Shown here: one piece after another, positions 1 through 14,299 of the stretch
How the letters are laid out: every line of letters begins with the position of its first letter
Numbering within the stretch: position 1 is the stretch's first letter
Source of the DNA: Amphiscolops sp. MND2022
Lineage: Eukaryota
Direction of reading: 5' to 3'
DNA: 64,000 nt
NCBI GenBank assembly: GCA_964187785.1
Contig: OZ076409.1
Location: forward strand, 39,558,001-39,622,000
The notes under the pieces: model-generated
Seen by the model: only the letters and a program-made list of their open reading frames with translations
The model's database searches: none
What the model was told of the DNA's origin: nothing
Made by a program: the position numbers and the translations under genes

Positions 1-3000
1 CTGATATTGATGTAAGTTTTATGCTGTTTGTATGCTTTCAGGGAACAAAAATTCAACCTATTCTATTCAAGATGTTCGGATTTGAATTCTGTCATTTCAA
101 GCAATGCCGTTGCGTTGTTTTAAAACGCTATTGTATTTGGCTCTATCCGCTGTACCTGAGGAAGTATATTTTATGTATGTTGGAACAGTACTATTTTGTT
201 CTGCTTTTAGAGTATTTGTCCACGTGTTTCCTTTCGCATAGAAGGAAATAATGAAAAAGCCTCCCTAGAATCGCATTGTGTATTTTAGAGGACTGTTTAT
301 AACTAGAAGAAAGTTGATTTTAGCGTATGAGAGGGAAACGACATTTTTATAATGTAAAATTTCATCTAATCAACCGAGTTGGTGCGCTATTTCGTTAAGG
401 TCATCCCAATTTGCAGCAAATCAGTCGTTATTGAAGGACACTGTTTAATGGATTCCCCGGTTGGTACGTCATTGACGAACTTGAAAATGATTGATGTTCC
501 CATTTCCTCAGATTTAAAAACGTCATTTCTGTGCCGTGCCGCATGTCTGAAAAAGATAGCACCTTTCATGGACTGATGACGCGGTAAAAGCAGAGATCTA
601 CTGCAGTTTTTATTTGCATCATTTAACCGTGTTTTTCAATAGCTTCCTTTTTTGGAACTTCACTTTGACCCAATTAATGATCAAACAGCGAATCGGTGCT
701 AGTTTAATATTGATGGCACGACGCAAGTGCTCAATATAACCACCGCTTGCTGTAGTCACAAAAAAGCAATTATTGCTAAAGGTTTTGAGAGTTCTCTTGA
801 AATTATTCGTTCGATTTCTTTCACAAGGCTGAATTCAAAGCTTCCTAAACGTTGACTGGTTTAAGTTTAATCCGTTTTTGCTTTCTTTCCTGGGAACTTA
901 CGGTCAACAATATCCATATGAAAACCTTCTGAACTCTTCTAAAGTATTCACTAACTTACGTTCTTTCATTTCTCACCCGCTAGTTTTTTCGGGTCTCATT
1001 AATGCTTCTGAAAGTTGGTTTTTTCTTTTTAGGTTTTCCTTTTTCAGCAATGATAATTTCTGAAAAAAAGTCAAGTAAATGCTTCGGAAGATAGTCCAAG
1101 ATTGACCATAGCTTGTATGAGTAGTTTCAATGTTATCGCGAATATATTCAATTTAAAGTCCTACGCACCCAGTTTTTTTTAACCAGGCGTGTTAATAGGA
1201 TTGAGTGAATTTGAACAAGATTATCAAAATTTTCAATTTTTAATGCTTCTGAAAGGTTGACAACAATAAAATGACAAGATTAAGTAAATACAGTTTAAGT
1301 AGCCGAATTTCTGCTAGTCTTGAAAGTCTAAATTCCTGTCAAATTTTCCAGACTTTGATTTCGAGGGCAAGAGACGGTTTGTTCAATGATCACTCGCTCA
1401 ATCTGTTCTGATGCGTTTTCGAGATGTCTTGTCTGTTGAGTTTTCCATAATTGATTTCCTTTGATAGTCTATAGTTGCCTCTTCACTGAATTGTTGTGGT
1501 TTGTCTTCTAAAGGCCACTTTTGAACCTATACAAAAACATTTGAAATATAATAAATGGTCTTGGAGACATTCTGGAAGTTGTTGTCAGTTTAATTCAATT
1601 AATCATCAAATAGATCAAAAAATAATTTTTCATCGCGAAAATGTGTTTATACCAACTGCATGTTAGATCTGACAAAAATTTTTCCATCCATTTATAGTTC
1701 AATTTAATTCAAACCGTTGTCTTGTCTTAATTGATCCTATATATCACTTGTTAATAACTAAACATCACTTGCGTTTTAAGTCGGCACTTTTTGAGAAGAA
1801 AGACGTGACTAATCCATTGACTAGTTTTTTTTCCAAACAGAATACTGTACTGTATTTTTTGTTCAGTTTCATATTTTCCTTCAAGTGTAAAGTGTATCTA
1901 ATATAAATTTGCAAGGCTAAATACCCAAGGATCACACTTTAGGTTTTTCCAGCACTGTGCGACTTTTAAATTTTTTATTTCATCAAAGGCCCCCTTCAAT
2001 TATGTGTTTTCAAATGAGGTAAAGCCTTGATTAGCGTAATGGGTCCACATTCGTTTTTTTGATATTTTGAAGTTCTTGAGCCCTTGCTTGTTTTCTACGT
2101 CTGTCGCTCGTCATTATGGAATCGAGGCTGAAACTATGATCTACATATTTTTGATGCTAGACGAGAAGTTGAAAATTTAGAAACGGACTTTTAAAATTTT
2201 GATGAGGCAAAATGTTGGCTGGTCTCTGCTCTAATAATTCCAGTCTGAAAAGCAGAGGAGCGTGCAATCTTTCACATGGGGGACTGATTCTGAATAATGC
2301 ATCGTTGCTCTTTGATGTTCATTTCAAAGGTGGCGTTCTGATGTTGGTAAAGCCTGTAAAAAGAAGCTGCCTCCGTTTGAGTTTAATTCTCATTACGTTG
2401 GTTTTGTGAAATCGAACGGTGCAAAAACAAATTATTCTCTCGCCCACGGTTGCTGAAAACACTCTCGTTTCAAACCAATCAAATTGAATCGATGCTTTCG
2501 TCATTCGATACGTTTCAATGAGGATATATTTTATGCATCAGGTTGCGCTCGTGCCACGCTTTCCATAATTAATTGATGAGCTGAATTTTTCATGAGATTT
2601 TTTGGCTGTCCAAGTATGTTGGTTTGCTCATTCAGCCTTCAGTTTCTACATGGGTTCCAATTCTGCAATTTGGAGTTAGTTGATAATGTTGAACAAAAAA
2701 GTTAACTAATCGAGTTGGAGCGAATACGTTTGTTGAAAAACATCAGCTGGTGAATAATTCATTTTTTGTGATACTCATGTGAGTGCTTTTAGGTTTGTCA
2801 ACTGATTCGTTTGGCTGTTAATAAATAGAATGTCATTGATGAAAGTACCGATTGGGTGTTGATATTAAAAATGTAGGTACTTCTCAATGCGAGGGAACGG
2901 AATTGTGAATCCGCATTACTTTCTGAATTTAGAATCGATGTCTCATTCAAGAACAAAACTTGCTATATACATCAAAAATTCAGGTAAAAATACAATTACA

Positions 3001-3984
3001 AATCATTTGGGCTTCTTTTCAAGGAAAAGGTCGTGCATATCCAGAAGTACATATATTATGAACCAATTTTTTTAAAATCTGAGGAAACCCTCTTCTAAAT
3101 ATAGAAATGACAAAATTGGGAAAATGCAAGCTGAGAGAAATAGTATATATGGGAGAAATATGTTCATCGTGAAGTATGGGGGGATTTTGGAAACTGTGTT
3201 TGCTTTATTACCGGTTAAGCTATTCATGTAATCTTAAAGCCTTGACCAGTTTTAATTTAACACTGTCCACGGTGATCTGTGGTTAGTTTCGTTGACCAAC
3301 TCTCCCATAAATTGTCATTTCCAAAAATACGCCATTAAGTGAGTGTTAAACAACTTCACTGGAATTGAAATGAAAATGTAACTACTAATCAAGTAACTTC
3401 TGAGTTTCTGTCAAGTGAACGGATAAATTGATTGGGTACGTTTTGTGCTAGGTCATAGGGCATACCGGCCGGGCTCTGTATCTAAATTCTGATCACTACA
3501 TTCACTCTGCATCAGTATGATCAAACATGGAATTTTTGAGTTGTTTGCTCATGGGAAGATGAAAAGAAGGGTTACTTTCGAAGGCCTTAACCTTTCGCAC
3601 TAGAATCAAACAATTCGCCGCTAATTCTGTTTGTATACTCCTAACACTCTACAACTTTCTTTATCATTTGAAGTTAATCGCATTAACGATTAATGTTAAT
3701 GCAATTTAGCCATTATTATTCACCTTTCAAATCAATGCTGCTTTTCCAGGCTTTTCATGCACGGTATAATGCATATTCGATGGAAGTTTGTGAACCAATT
3801 TATAAATGCAATTTAGTCATTATTATCCAACTTTCAAATCAATGCTGCTTTTCGACTCTTTTCATTCACGGTATAACCGAGAACCAATTTATAAATGAGT
3901 TGATTCAATGGCTTCAAGATTTGTATAAGCTGTTTCGAAAAAAATTGAAAGATACAGTAGTCAGAGGATGCGTGTTTGTTTTAG

Positions 3985-4084
3985 AAACGAGAAAGTTGAG
4001 TCGGAATGGTTTGACGAAGCCACTATATACTTCTCGGATATCGTGGGATTCACAGCCCTTTCCTCTATCAGCTCCGCTAATGAG
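3985..4084 (+). CDS. Receptor-type guanylyl cyclase, internal exon (start of catalytic domain)
   Basis: Acceptor ttttAG ends at 3984 and donor GTaaat starts at 4085. Translates NEKVESEWFDEATIYFSDIVGFTALSSISSANE, containing the class III cyclase motif TIYFSDIVGFT. Joins in phase 0 to the exon at 4694. Confidence 0.93.
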
Positions 4085-4693
4085 GTAAATGCCCCTGGCA
4101 TCAAACTTCTCATTCTTATGCATTACTTTCATGACAATCTTATTCAATTTTATCTTGTTGATTCAAGGTACTTCTTTTCTCTGAGAGAGAAACAAATTGT
4201 CATTTGTTGAATTAGACGTGCTCAAAATTGATACAATATTCGAAATTAGGTCACATGTTACTGGCACTGCACGCAGTTCTTCTAATTGACATGTTTGATT
4301 ACATGTCTTTGAACATGTGTCCCACCAATGCGAACAGATGAAGTCAGGTCAAAAGAAAATGCCGCCGTTTTTTGCTATCACGCGAATCACTGGAAATGAG
4401 AAAAATATACCACCGCAAGGTGTAGTAACTTGGTATAGTAAGAACATCTTTTTTAAAATCTGCGGATTGTCCGATAGAACTTTCATCAACAATTGACAAA
4501 AATCTCCCGTATAGATTATTTTTTTTGGACTGAACAGTCAGTAGTTAATGCTTCACTGCTCTTCACTTTTCGAAATTGATCTGTCGATCAAAAAAATCTA
4601 TTGCAACAAGTAGATTACAGTCAGAATTACTTTCGTTGGAACATACATTTTATTGATGTTATTTGCCATTAATTGCAAGTTGATTATTTTCAG

Positions 4694-5593
4694 GTTGTTG
4701 ACTTGCTGAACAACTTATACACGTTGTTCGACAATATAATAGACGAGTTTGACGTGTACAAAGTGGAGACTATCGGCGACGCCTACATGGTAGTGTCGGG
4801 GATCCCTATCAGGAATGGATCCACTCATTCCTACAACATTGCAGCCATGTCTCTGAAACTTCTGGAAGCTGTCAAAAACGATTTCGTCATTCCTCATCGC
4901 CGACATGAGAAACTGAAACTGAGAATAGGTCTTCACACTGGATCGGCTTGTGCCGGAGTTGTTGGCACAAAAATGCCGAGGTATTGTTTGTTCGGCGACA
5001 CTGTGAACACAGCCTCCAGAATGGAGTCCAACGGAGAACCCCTGAAAATTCACATAAGCGAGCAGTGCAGAACGTCTCTGCTCTCTTTCAATGAGTTCAT
5101 CATGGACTATCGCGGTGAGATAGAGATGAAAGGAAAAGGAAAACAGAGGACTTACTGGCTTAACGGTCGGAAGTCTGACCTGGTGTCCAAAGCGCCCAAA
5201 CTTGCTGGAGGACTAGCGCCCAGTGGACGACACAGTGTTTGTGCCCTGCCTAGTAGCTTCAACGAATTCTCCGTGAATGACTACAATGGCCATTCCAAAG
5301 ACAATGGCACCACTCTGATGAAGTCGGCACCGGCTGCATCTCAAGAACCCCGACATTCTCACGTTGCATGCTCTACTCCTAACGAGCTAATACACAATTC
5401 CACCATGGACGACTCTGTTTTCGGCACGACCCCCACTCCGAGTGTGAATGGAAAGGGGGCTAAAAACTTTTTCAGTTACCCCAAAAGCAAACTCAAACGC
5501 CAACTTAGTTCAGAAATAGTTACGAGTGTCAACTCGGATCCCTCTAACGATGCACATCTATCCCCCCAAGAGATCGAAAGCAGCAATTGCTGA
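4694..5593 (+). CDS. Receptor-type guanylyl cyclase, terminal exon (catalytic domain plus low-complexity tail); upstream exons not found in window
   Basis: Acceptor ttttcAG ends at 4693. VVDLLNNLY...[16 protein letters not shown]...LRIGLHTG...[25 protein letters not shown]...MKGKG. The Glu of KVETIG and Cys of RYCLF are the GTP-specifying residues. Confidence 0.96.
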   Translation, partial: VVDLLNNLYTLFDNIIDEFDVYKVETIGDAYMVVSGIPIRNGSTHSYNIAAMSLKLLEAVKNDFVIPHRRHEKLKLRIGLHTGSACAGVVGTKMPRYCLFGDTVNTASRMESNGEPLKIHISEQCRTSLLSFNEFIMDYRGEIEMKGKGKQRTYWLNGRKSDLVSKAPKLAGGLAPSGRHSVCALPSSFNEFSVNDYNGHSKDNGTTLMKSAPAASQEPRHSHVACSTPNELIHNSTMDDSVFGTTPTPSVNGKGAKNFFSYPKSKLKRQLSSEIVTSVNSDPSNDAHLSPQEIESSNC

Positions 5594-5761
5594 AATAGTT
5601 TGGTCGTTGTTCAAGCATTTTAAAGCAGGACTTATTTTTCGTATGTTCTGACGACGTACCAAATTATCATTAGTTTTTGTAATTCTACTCAGGAGTAATT
5701 CAGCCTCCTCGATGTCGAGTTTGGGTGAAAAGAGGTCATCGAATGTTTCCTTTCTGACGAG

Positions 5762-5767
5762 AATAAA
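5762..5767 (+). promoter_or_regulatory. Candidate polyadenylation signal of the guanylyl cyclase gene
   Basis: AATAAA about 170 nt after the stop codon, followed by a GT/T-rich tract (tgttttgttttagttttggtg). Confidence 0.5.
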
Positions 5768-6515
5768 CATGGCAATGAATTTTCAATGTTTTGTTTTAGT
5801 TTTGGTGCTATTTTGTATAAATATATCTTTTCATGTGAGTAGTCTATAATTTAGTTACTTACATGTTAGCAGCTGTTTTAATTGGCCCAGTTCCAATCGA
5901 GCATTTTGATGACATTATCTGTAGCTTTTTATATCTTCTAATGCTAATGCCATGATGAATAATTTCGATTTAAATTGAATGATTTTTTGAGTATCAGCGA
6001 TTGTTTTTTTTAGTAGTTCACTCAATTCAGAAATCAGCTTCACAACAGCAGACATCAATGAAAAGGGGATTGTTGCAAAAGTGTCATTTTGTTTCATTTC
6101 AAGCAACATTGGAAAAATCAGCGGAAACAGTATTAAGTAAAGAAGGGAATGGCAATAGTCGGCGAACCGCTCAAGACTCCAAAGCCGTACTTCAAGGCCA
6201 AAAAGATCTTCAATGTGTCAAGGGAACGTTTTCAGCAAATTCTCAATCTCACTGCTGAAAAAAGTCGCCGAGTGCCAGAATTAACCCTCCTCAAATTCTT
6301 TTTTTTTAATCTGGATAATGTTAAAATATGGAAAGTAGGATTCTTTCAATCAATTTGGCAATTTGTATAATTTTTTGGCCACTTCTTCGATCGGAATGGA
6401 AAAAACGACGAAAAGCCGCGTTTTATGGTTTCATTTCATGAAGCGCCGGCTAACAAGACAATAACATCTTGAGTCGGCGCCCCGCTCTACGGCTCCAAAA
6501 TCGCTTCTGTTATGC

Positions 6516-7468
6516 CAGAGATTTTCCGCTAATAGCGCCGCTTTAGCGTTAGCGAGGGATTACACTAGCAGAAATTAGTTAGCGTAATACATATTTAGTG
6601 GCCGCTTAGCGATGGCGTTTTCCTTTTGGCCAATTTTCTAAACGCTTTATTTTGCATCAAACATTACATATATATCACAATGTCTCTACATACCATGGTT
6701 GGAACTGCTTGAACTTTGTTTTTGTAGGTTACCAAGCTGATTTTCCATGATTTTATAAAATTCTCAAAGAAAAGTCCATGCATTAAAACTTCACTGATTC
6801 GATTTAATTTATTCAAGCTGCCTACAAAATGCATCTTAAATTTGGCGGAAATTCCGCACCGCAAAGTTTTGCAGGTTTCATTAGGAAGCCGTTCTAATTT
6901 TGAAGGCAGCTGAGACCCTCGTCAATTCTACCGCGATTTCAATGCAAATAAACTTAGTCACATTGCAAGTTTCAAAGCGTCATATTCTGCGTGCTATTTG
7001 ACTAACGGTGATTACATAAAGAATTTACTTATGAAACTTACGCGTAAAAACAAAGTGATCGTGGCGGTGAAGATAGGAAATGTTTTCAGGTTCAATTCAA
7101 ATAATGGAGGCTGCATTGTAATCCTAGAAAATGTTTCCATATATATTCCCTGAATTTTCAATGTTTTTTTGAAGCCTGCATGATTCCATGCAGCATGTAA
7201 AAAGTTCAAGCAATCTCGACTGCTTGAGAGTATACTGACTCCTCCCAAGAACTGTTATATATTATCATGTTTATGTACTTTACTATGTTTTGAACATATT
7301 TTTCTCTGTAAACACTGAGGAATTCTTTTTCACATCGATTTTTAAACATGATGTGAATCACTAAAGATTTTAATTAGCCTTAGCGAATATCAATTAGCGA
7401 AGTTAGCGATTAGCGATATGTAATTAGCGTTAGTTAGCGATTAGCACAAAAATTGCGACTCATCTCTG
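6516..7468. mobile_element. Non-autonomous hAT-like DNA transposon (MITE)
   Basis: Termini CAGAGAT...ATCTCTG. Clusters of TTAGCG/CGCTAA subterminal motifs at both ends. Flanking 8-mers tgttatgc (6508-6515) and atttatgc (7469-7476) match at 6/8, consistent with an aged 8-bp TSD. Confidence 0.65.
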
Positions 7469-7829
7469 ATTTATGCTCAGAGGGTCTTCAGGAAAATTCT
7501 CAAATCTCAGTGCCAAAAATTGAAACGGCTCAAAAATTATCTTTGTGCTCAAAAATGTTGCTTTTTATCTAATTGAAAACGGAGCAAAAACGCTTTTTTT
7601 TCTATCTGAAGACGCCGAAGAAGGTCCCGTCTAGACTTGCAGGTATACTTCGAACACAAACTGCTTGCATAGCACGGATCCTATCCACTAGGTCAAAAGT
7701 GGAAAGTCTCCAAAAATGAAATTTTCAGTGTGTTCTCTCAGAAAAAACGCCCCTGTGAGAGTCGAGCACTTTATCAAGAGTGCCGACTAACAAGAGCTTC
7801 TCTAGGAAATGAGATGAATTGAAACAATA

Positions 7830-8269
7830 CGTGTCCGTTTAAGTTCGCCACATATAAGTTAGCCCGTAAATCTTAGCCATATTTAATTTAGCCACCATAT
7901 ATGTTCGCCACATACAAGTTCGCCACATTTTCGGCCAATCAAATTCGAGCATTCAAAATTACTATAACGTAGTCAGATATGTTCACATACCCCTAGTGCC
8001 CTAAATGCAGGAGCGAAGCGAAGTGGAGCGACGTGCCATATGGCCATGCCTCAATGTTGCTACTTGGCGAAGGGAGCGAAGCGACCGAGCCATACAACAA
8101 GTATGCTAATCGCCACTAAATATAACCAAATGAAAATAATAGCTGATATGGAATTCTTTCATTAGCTGAAATGTGGCGAAAATAAACGTGGCGATCTTAT
8201 ATGGTGGCTAACTTAAACGTGGCTGTTTTACGTGGCGAACTTAAATATGGCGAACTTACAACGGCACCG
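7830..8269. mobile_element. MITE with inverted arrays of ~15-bp subterminal repeats
   Basis: Left end cgtgtccgtttaagttcgcca is inverted against right end tggcgaacttacaacggcaccg. Repeated aagttcgccaca on the left and tggcgaactta on the right. Confidence 0.7.
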
Positions 8270-9989
8270 AAAGAATAACCTGAGAGGGATCTGTATCCTT
8301 TCACGCCTAAATGTAGTCGGCTTCGTCTCGTTGGCGTATACTGATATTTTAGCCTAGGAGCGCTGAATTTCAAACCCAAACCATTTCTTCATTCAGTTTA
8401 CTCGTAAACATTGTTGAGCGTTCCCGGGACTTTTTGGTTCTTGTTCTCTCTCGAGCCCAAAGCCATTGAATCTTTTATGGAATTTTTGCTGTTTTAAAAA
8501 AATCTTTGTGGTTTTGACCTGAAAACGAGCAGAGTACAATGAAAGAAAACAAAAGCTTCTTTGTGTGCTGTGAAGTCACACCTCCACGACGCAAATTGTT
8601 CGTAAGGATGAATTTTGATGTTTGTTGCTTATACTCCGAAAGCAATCAAAAATCTAATGAAAAATGACATTTTTGTTTCTAATTCAGCCTTATGGGACGA
8701 ACTAGAAAGCTTGATGCGCAAATGCATACCCCAAATAAAGACGATCAAAAATGAAAACCTGTGAGATTTCTCAGCAAAATCATTTTGCAAAATTGTACTA
8801 AGCAAAAAAAAATGAAACATTTCCGGTCAATTTTGGTTTCCTGTTTCATTGCCAATGTCTGAGAACGTCATCTTGGAAAATAATTAAATCGAACTCTAGC
8901 AAATCTGCAGAAGAGTAAAATTCTTAGATTTTACCACTTTGATAACTTGAGTGGCAATGTCACGAGTTCGAATTTTTTTAAAATGTCAACTGCTCAAACT
9001 TCAGACGACGTCTGTTTCATTCGACGAGTTTTTATGCATCAATTAGCAACAAAAACATGCAATAATAAATATGCTCGCTCTTGATCAATCGCAGCCATGC
9101 TGCTGGCGCAATTTGTTTCGAGTCAACGGGTAATTTGTTTGATTGTTGTTTCATTTTCATGAATAGATTTTGCGACATTGCACGTTGAATATAACATGCA
9201 AACTCTCAGAGGATGATCCATGTTTCGACCTTTCGCCAAATTTATTCAACAAACGGCCAATTCCGATAAATTTATATCTCTTCATTGCAGAAAATTTAAA
9301 ATATATGTAGCAGATTTCAATCACTTAGTATAGTGAATAGAAATGAGCATTGGATAAAATATATTAGCCGTTTTTTTCCAAAATAAAGCCAGTAGCCTCA
9401 AAAGTCCATCAGCAAAACAATCCTCACGTAGGATATAGTTTAACACCCAGCTTCAGAGCATGGATAGTTGAATACAGAAAAACATTTTTTCCAAAATTGA
9501 CCATCTTTTCAAATAGTCTAATTCACATGATTGATTTTTCTCATTAAAAAAAGAACACCTTGTCAATATTGATGATTTGATCCAAAAGCTACAAATTTCG
9601 GCATTGTGTTAATGAGTTGATGCTCCATCTCTTGCATTAGTCGGGCATTATGCACGCATGGTTCAGCTTGTTCTGTGTTGTATCTCGAACTTCAATGTAA
9701 CGAAATGATGTTGCTTTGAATAATTATAGCTCAAAAAATTCAAATACTAAAACATACCCCATAACAAATTTCTATACGCCAATATACTACTATTCAGCAA
9801 AACTACGTTTTCTCAAGCCGAAATCAGCTATAAAAGCGAGGGTGGTGCCCGTTGTCTAAATGGAAGTTTCGAAAGAGACGCACAGCCGAAAAAAAAACAG
9901 GAAAAAAGGTCTTTTCATCACTCAGTAGGAAAACTCATCAGTTCCATAGTATCAACAAGTTACAAAGAAGTCACCCTGAAGACTTGGGA

Positions 9990-10484
9990 AACAATTTTCC
10001 GTTAAAGGAAACCTAAAAAAACCGAATTTTTAAAAAAATTCCAAAAATTTTTGTAGGATTGTTTTTCAAAAGGGTTTTGCGTCGGTAACCCGCGTAGTGC
10101 GGAAAAAACTAAAAGTAGCCATCCATGCTTGCAAAGCGTTTTGTTTCTGCTAAAAATGAAGTGAATGAGTTTATGTTCAAAAATCTGAAAAAAAAGTCGC
10201 ATAGTGCCAAAAAAATAATGTGGGACCCCTTGGTTTTCCCCCGCTTCTGCAAACACAAAAACTTTTGGTTTAGTGCGATACTCGAACCCACATACCCGCT
10301 TCTCAGACCTCGTCACCAGGACGGGAAACAGGCGTTCACCACTAGGCCAGTTGGCTGTGAGTAGTTACTTGAAAAATTGAACTTTTGCTAAAACTATTTC
10401 ATACAGTTTAGGTGTTGAATGACTATCAAAAAATGACGAAAAGCCATGACTATAGTCGCTCTTTACAAAAGAAAAACGCCGACT
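9990..10484 (-). mobile_element. Partial Helentron/DINE-1-like non-autonomous element containing a tRNA-like cassette (10273-10356)
   Basis: Minus strand starts ttagtcggcgt...gcgactatagt, as in the other copies. A-box TGGCCTAGTGG and B-box GGTTCGAG lie ~130-200 nt inside. The low-coordinate boundary is approximate. Confidence 0.55.
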
Positions 10485-11386
10485 AAAAAGACCATTCTGT
10501 ATGAGGTCTGTGGTCTGACAAAAACCTTGCCACTGAAAGAGTTGGGTACTTTTTGTTACAAAAAGCGCCGAGTATTAAAAGCATTGAGTGAGCAAATGAT
10601 TCAAGTTCTTGAATTTATGAAGTTTCGCAAAAGATATAGCAGCTAGAATCGTGTTTGGGACGTTTGGCTCGGAACCTTGTTCGTGGTTTCGAGAGAATCT
10701 GAGAAACGTAAAAACTCTGGAACTTTTTCCAACAAAACTCCCGTTGAGCAACGGAAAACTGATGTCCCGAACTACTTCAGCTATGACACCGTTTTAGGAC
10801 CTGCACCAGCCCTCGGAAACGTTCGAGAAAAACTGGAAAACATAACTTTCCCGTTCAGCATCCATTTTCCGGAAAAATCCCTTTTCTCTAAAAAGCTTAT
10901 TGTTTTGATGTTGGACAAAAAGTAACTCATACATCCAAAAACCGTTCAATTTCCACAGAAAACGATCAAAAATTGAACAATTTAAAACTTTTGGCTCCTT
11001 TTTAAACTGTGTTTCAAAAAACCTTCGAATTTGGTCTTGCGAGAGCATGATAAGCAGCAAATGGTTTCTCTGTTGAAATCTCTGGTTACTCATGCTCCCA
11101 AAACATCCAAAAACGCAACTCAATTGGGTTAAAGGACCGCTAGTTGGGAACAAAGATGAACAAAGTTCCAGTTCCCTATTCCGTGGGGAAAACGACGAAT
11201 TAACGTATCTGCTTTTCTAAAACAGAGCCTTTTTGAGATGTTTTAATGGCATGGTACGGTACGTATCTATAGCCAAGGGGTAAAAGATAGTGAACTTGAA
11301 GCAGTGAGTTAGAACGAGACTAGTTTTCTCAAACTTCTGACTGCTCGTCGTTGCTTTCTGATTTTTTTTTGGGATCCAACGCGTTT

Positions 11387-11837
11387 TTAGTCGATGCTTC
11401 ATGAAGTGAAGCGCGACTATAGTAGTGACTTTTTTCAATCCACACGAACTGACCAAAATAGCTCTTCAAAGTTCTACGAAATTTTAAGGTGTAAAATTGG
11501 TCCATTTGGCCAGAGAACCATAAAGGTTGTTCCTTTTTTTTCAGCGTAACATACAATACCGAGTGAGACTGAAGGGTCCCCTTTCAGTTTTGTGACATTG
11601 GGAGATCTTTTCCGATAAATTTTTATTGTCTCCTGAAGGTCCCTTCTTCAATTTTTTTATATTTTGCCACAGAATGGATGTTAAAAAATCCGAAAGATCC
11701 TCCCCTTTTAGCGCGCCCGTTCGGTCCAACTTTAGGGTTTTTAGGGTACTGTAAAAGAGAGTTCTTGACACTCTGAAGTCCTTGTGCTGTTTCTGAGCCT
11801 TAGGTATGGTGCCTACATATGTCGTTCCCGGCTTGTT
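11387..11837 (+). mobile_element. Helentron/DINE-1-like non-autonomous element (HINE-like), degenerate copy
   Basis: 5' ttagtcgatgc...gcgactatagt; 3' gagccttaggtatggtgcctac...gtcgttcccggcttgtt. Confidence 0.6.
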
Positions 11838-12398
11838 CGTCATAATCACACCACCAAGCTGAAGGGAAGTAGCTGCCCAAAGCCCAACAAAAATGAGATG
11901 AGGGATGTTTCTGAAAAATTTTGGACATACAATGCGTACAACAATCGAAAAACGAAAAGTTGGAACGCTTTGGTTCATATTATCCAATTTTTTGATAGAA
12001 AAAATGCTTCCATAAAATTGTGTGCTCAGCAGCTGTAGGTTTTATGCCAACTGGCTGTTTTTGGAAAGTTCAAAAGTTTTATGCAGAAAAACTTCGCTTT
12101 CCCTTCTTAAAATGTGCTAAACAGGTCCCTAGTTTGTATTCGAACTGATTTCATTGTAGTATTTCCCAACGTCATTGGACAAAAGCTGCATAAAATTGTT
12201 AAAAATAGAAATAACTATTTTGCTACTTTTAAGACAATTGTGGACTTTTTGGTATGATAAACATCGGATGTGTCTCCTGAAAGCGTGCTAATTTGGTACT
12301 GTTGTTATCTTCGAACTTCATATACAACCCTCCAAAACATCCAATATTTCATTAAAAGTTGCAAAGAGTTGTCGAAGATCCACAAAAAAACTGCCTTT

Positions 12399-12946
12399 TT
12401 AGTCGGCGCCTTTTCCCTTAAGGAAGAAAGTCCTACTATTGCAGTGGGTAGGTTTTTTCAGTTCACTCTGAATGGTCCACTTTTGTGTTCATTTGTTCAA
12501 ACGTTTTTAAAGTTTTCAGCTGTAACATACCGGATGTAACGTTCATTGGGGAATTTTCAAAGCAGCAAAACGTGCTAAGTAGTCCCCTTCAAATATAACT
12601 CAGCCCATGCCGGATTTAGCGTCAACCGGATATAACGAATTCCGGATATAACGTTTCTCGTTTGTGCTTCCGAAAGTAGACGGGAAGCCAAACTGTCCTC
12701 TTTTTGTTTTTTTCCGGCACTATGCGCCTTTTTTGCGAAAATAACGTTTACAAAGTTCGGATGTAATGTTTTCAAAGTTCGGATGTAATGTTTTCAAAGT
12801 TCGGATGTAACGTTTTCAAAAATCGGATATAACGTTTTCAAGCTCGGATAAAACACTTTCTTGACACGTTTTCTTGACACTTTGAAGTCCTTTCCAAATT
12901 TTTCAGCCTTAGACATGGCGCCGACTTGGGCCGTTCCCGGGTTGTT
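12399..12946 (+). mobile_element. HINE-like element with internal 21-bp tandem repeat (~12750-12850)
   Basis: 5' ttAGTCGGCGCC; 3' GGCGCCGACT-tgg-gccg-ttcc-cggg-ttgtt. Internal (aaagttcggatgtaatgttttc)n. Confidence 0.7.
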
Positions 12947-14299
12947 GTTTTAGTTTTTGGCATTTCGAAACTATTTTATACATCGAACCTCAGAATTTTT
13001 GCAAAGTTTTGTTCGTGGATATGTTTTCATATTTGAACTGCTTGTAAAACTCATCAAAACAACCAGAAATTGCACAAATTGCAAAAACTGTCTGAAATTG
13101 GGGAAAATAGCAATTTTGGTTTTCTTTGGTCAATTCGATGCTCTTTATACATAAACCTCGCAAATGTTTTCTTTGAACTTTGTGTACAGCAAAATTAACA
13201 ACAAAAAATGCAACTATAGTTGAAACAAATGTTCAAAATTGAAAAAAAAACGTTGTCTGCAGTTTTCTTCTGGGCCTTTCGAGCTATTAGCCTCCATTTG
13301 TTTGTTTCAAAATTGTGCTGGTAAGTCTGTTTCTCGGGTTTAAACTCTATAGATAGCAAACCGCGAAAACATTTGGAAATTAGATAAAAGATGATGCAAA
13401 AATTGCCTCAGAGTGGAGAGGGATGTGTTTTTTGTAATTTTTTTGTACATTTCCAGGTGTTCGTAAGATTTTTGGTGGTTTTCAGTAGCTTCAACTATTT
13501 GTTGAGAAAAGCTCCACTACAACTTGATTAAACCCGTAGGTACCATGCACGAGACAAAAACTAGTATCTACATAAATTTTTATTAACTTTGAAAGAAAAG
13601 AAGAATCAACTCAATCGAAGACGGTGGGGTAAGTGTGACAAAGAAATCACGCTCTTTCACTACTTTTGTGATCTGTCCCTTTTCCGGGGGTTGTCTTGCT
13701 ACTCTTTAGCTGTTTTAAGGAGTCCCTTCAAGAATGAAAAAAGCAGTTTGAACATCAATTACTACACAAGAAAAATATGAGACGATTAAAAGGCAAAAAC
13801 ACAATTTCACTACCACAGTTAATAGAATGTACTATTTGATAACATCGATAATCACGAAGAATAGTACGAATAGTATTAGAAGCCATATTGCACAAACAAT
13901 CAATCAACAAAGGTTTCAGCAAGGTTTGATTTTGGTTATCCGTGAGGATAGGGTGTGATATCTGCAGTTATCAAAGAATGCAACTCACAGCAAGTCTTCT
14001 CTATTGGCGTAAAAGCAATCAGTGAATTCGAGGGCTACTGAACCCGTATTACTTGTAGAGTCAATACGACATCAGACCACCCTGCTGCCGAGTCAACTTT
14101 CGTGCTCAGGGATTGAAGATCCGCGATCTGGCAGACAACATCTAGAAGAAGGCACGGTCGTCACGGCCAACCAAAGCAAATCTGCAATCTGGATAGTCTG
14201 GTGCCTGATGCGGAACGTATCGACGACGCAAAGTAGCCACCGGTTCTCTAGATTCAAAACTCGCGTTTATACAAGTCAGTAGGCCAACAGACCACCCAG

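Noticed and set aside
1..3980. Short ORFs as possible upstream guanylyl cyclase exons
   Set aside because: No kinase-homology or coiled-coil (LLxxMLP) motif recognised; treated as intron.
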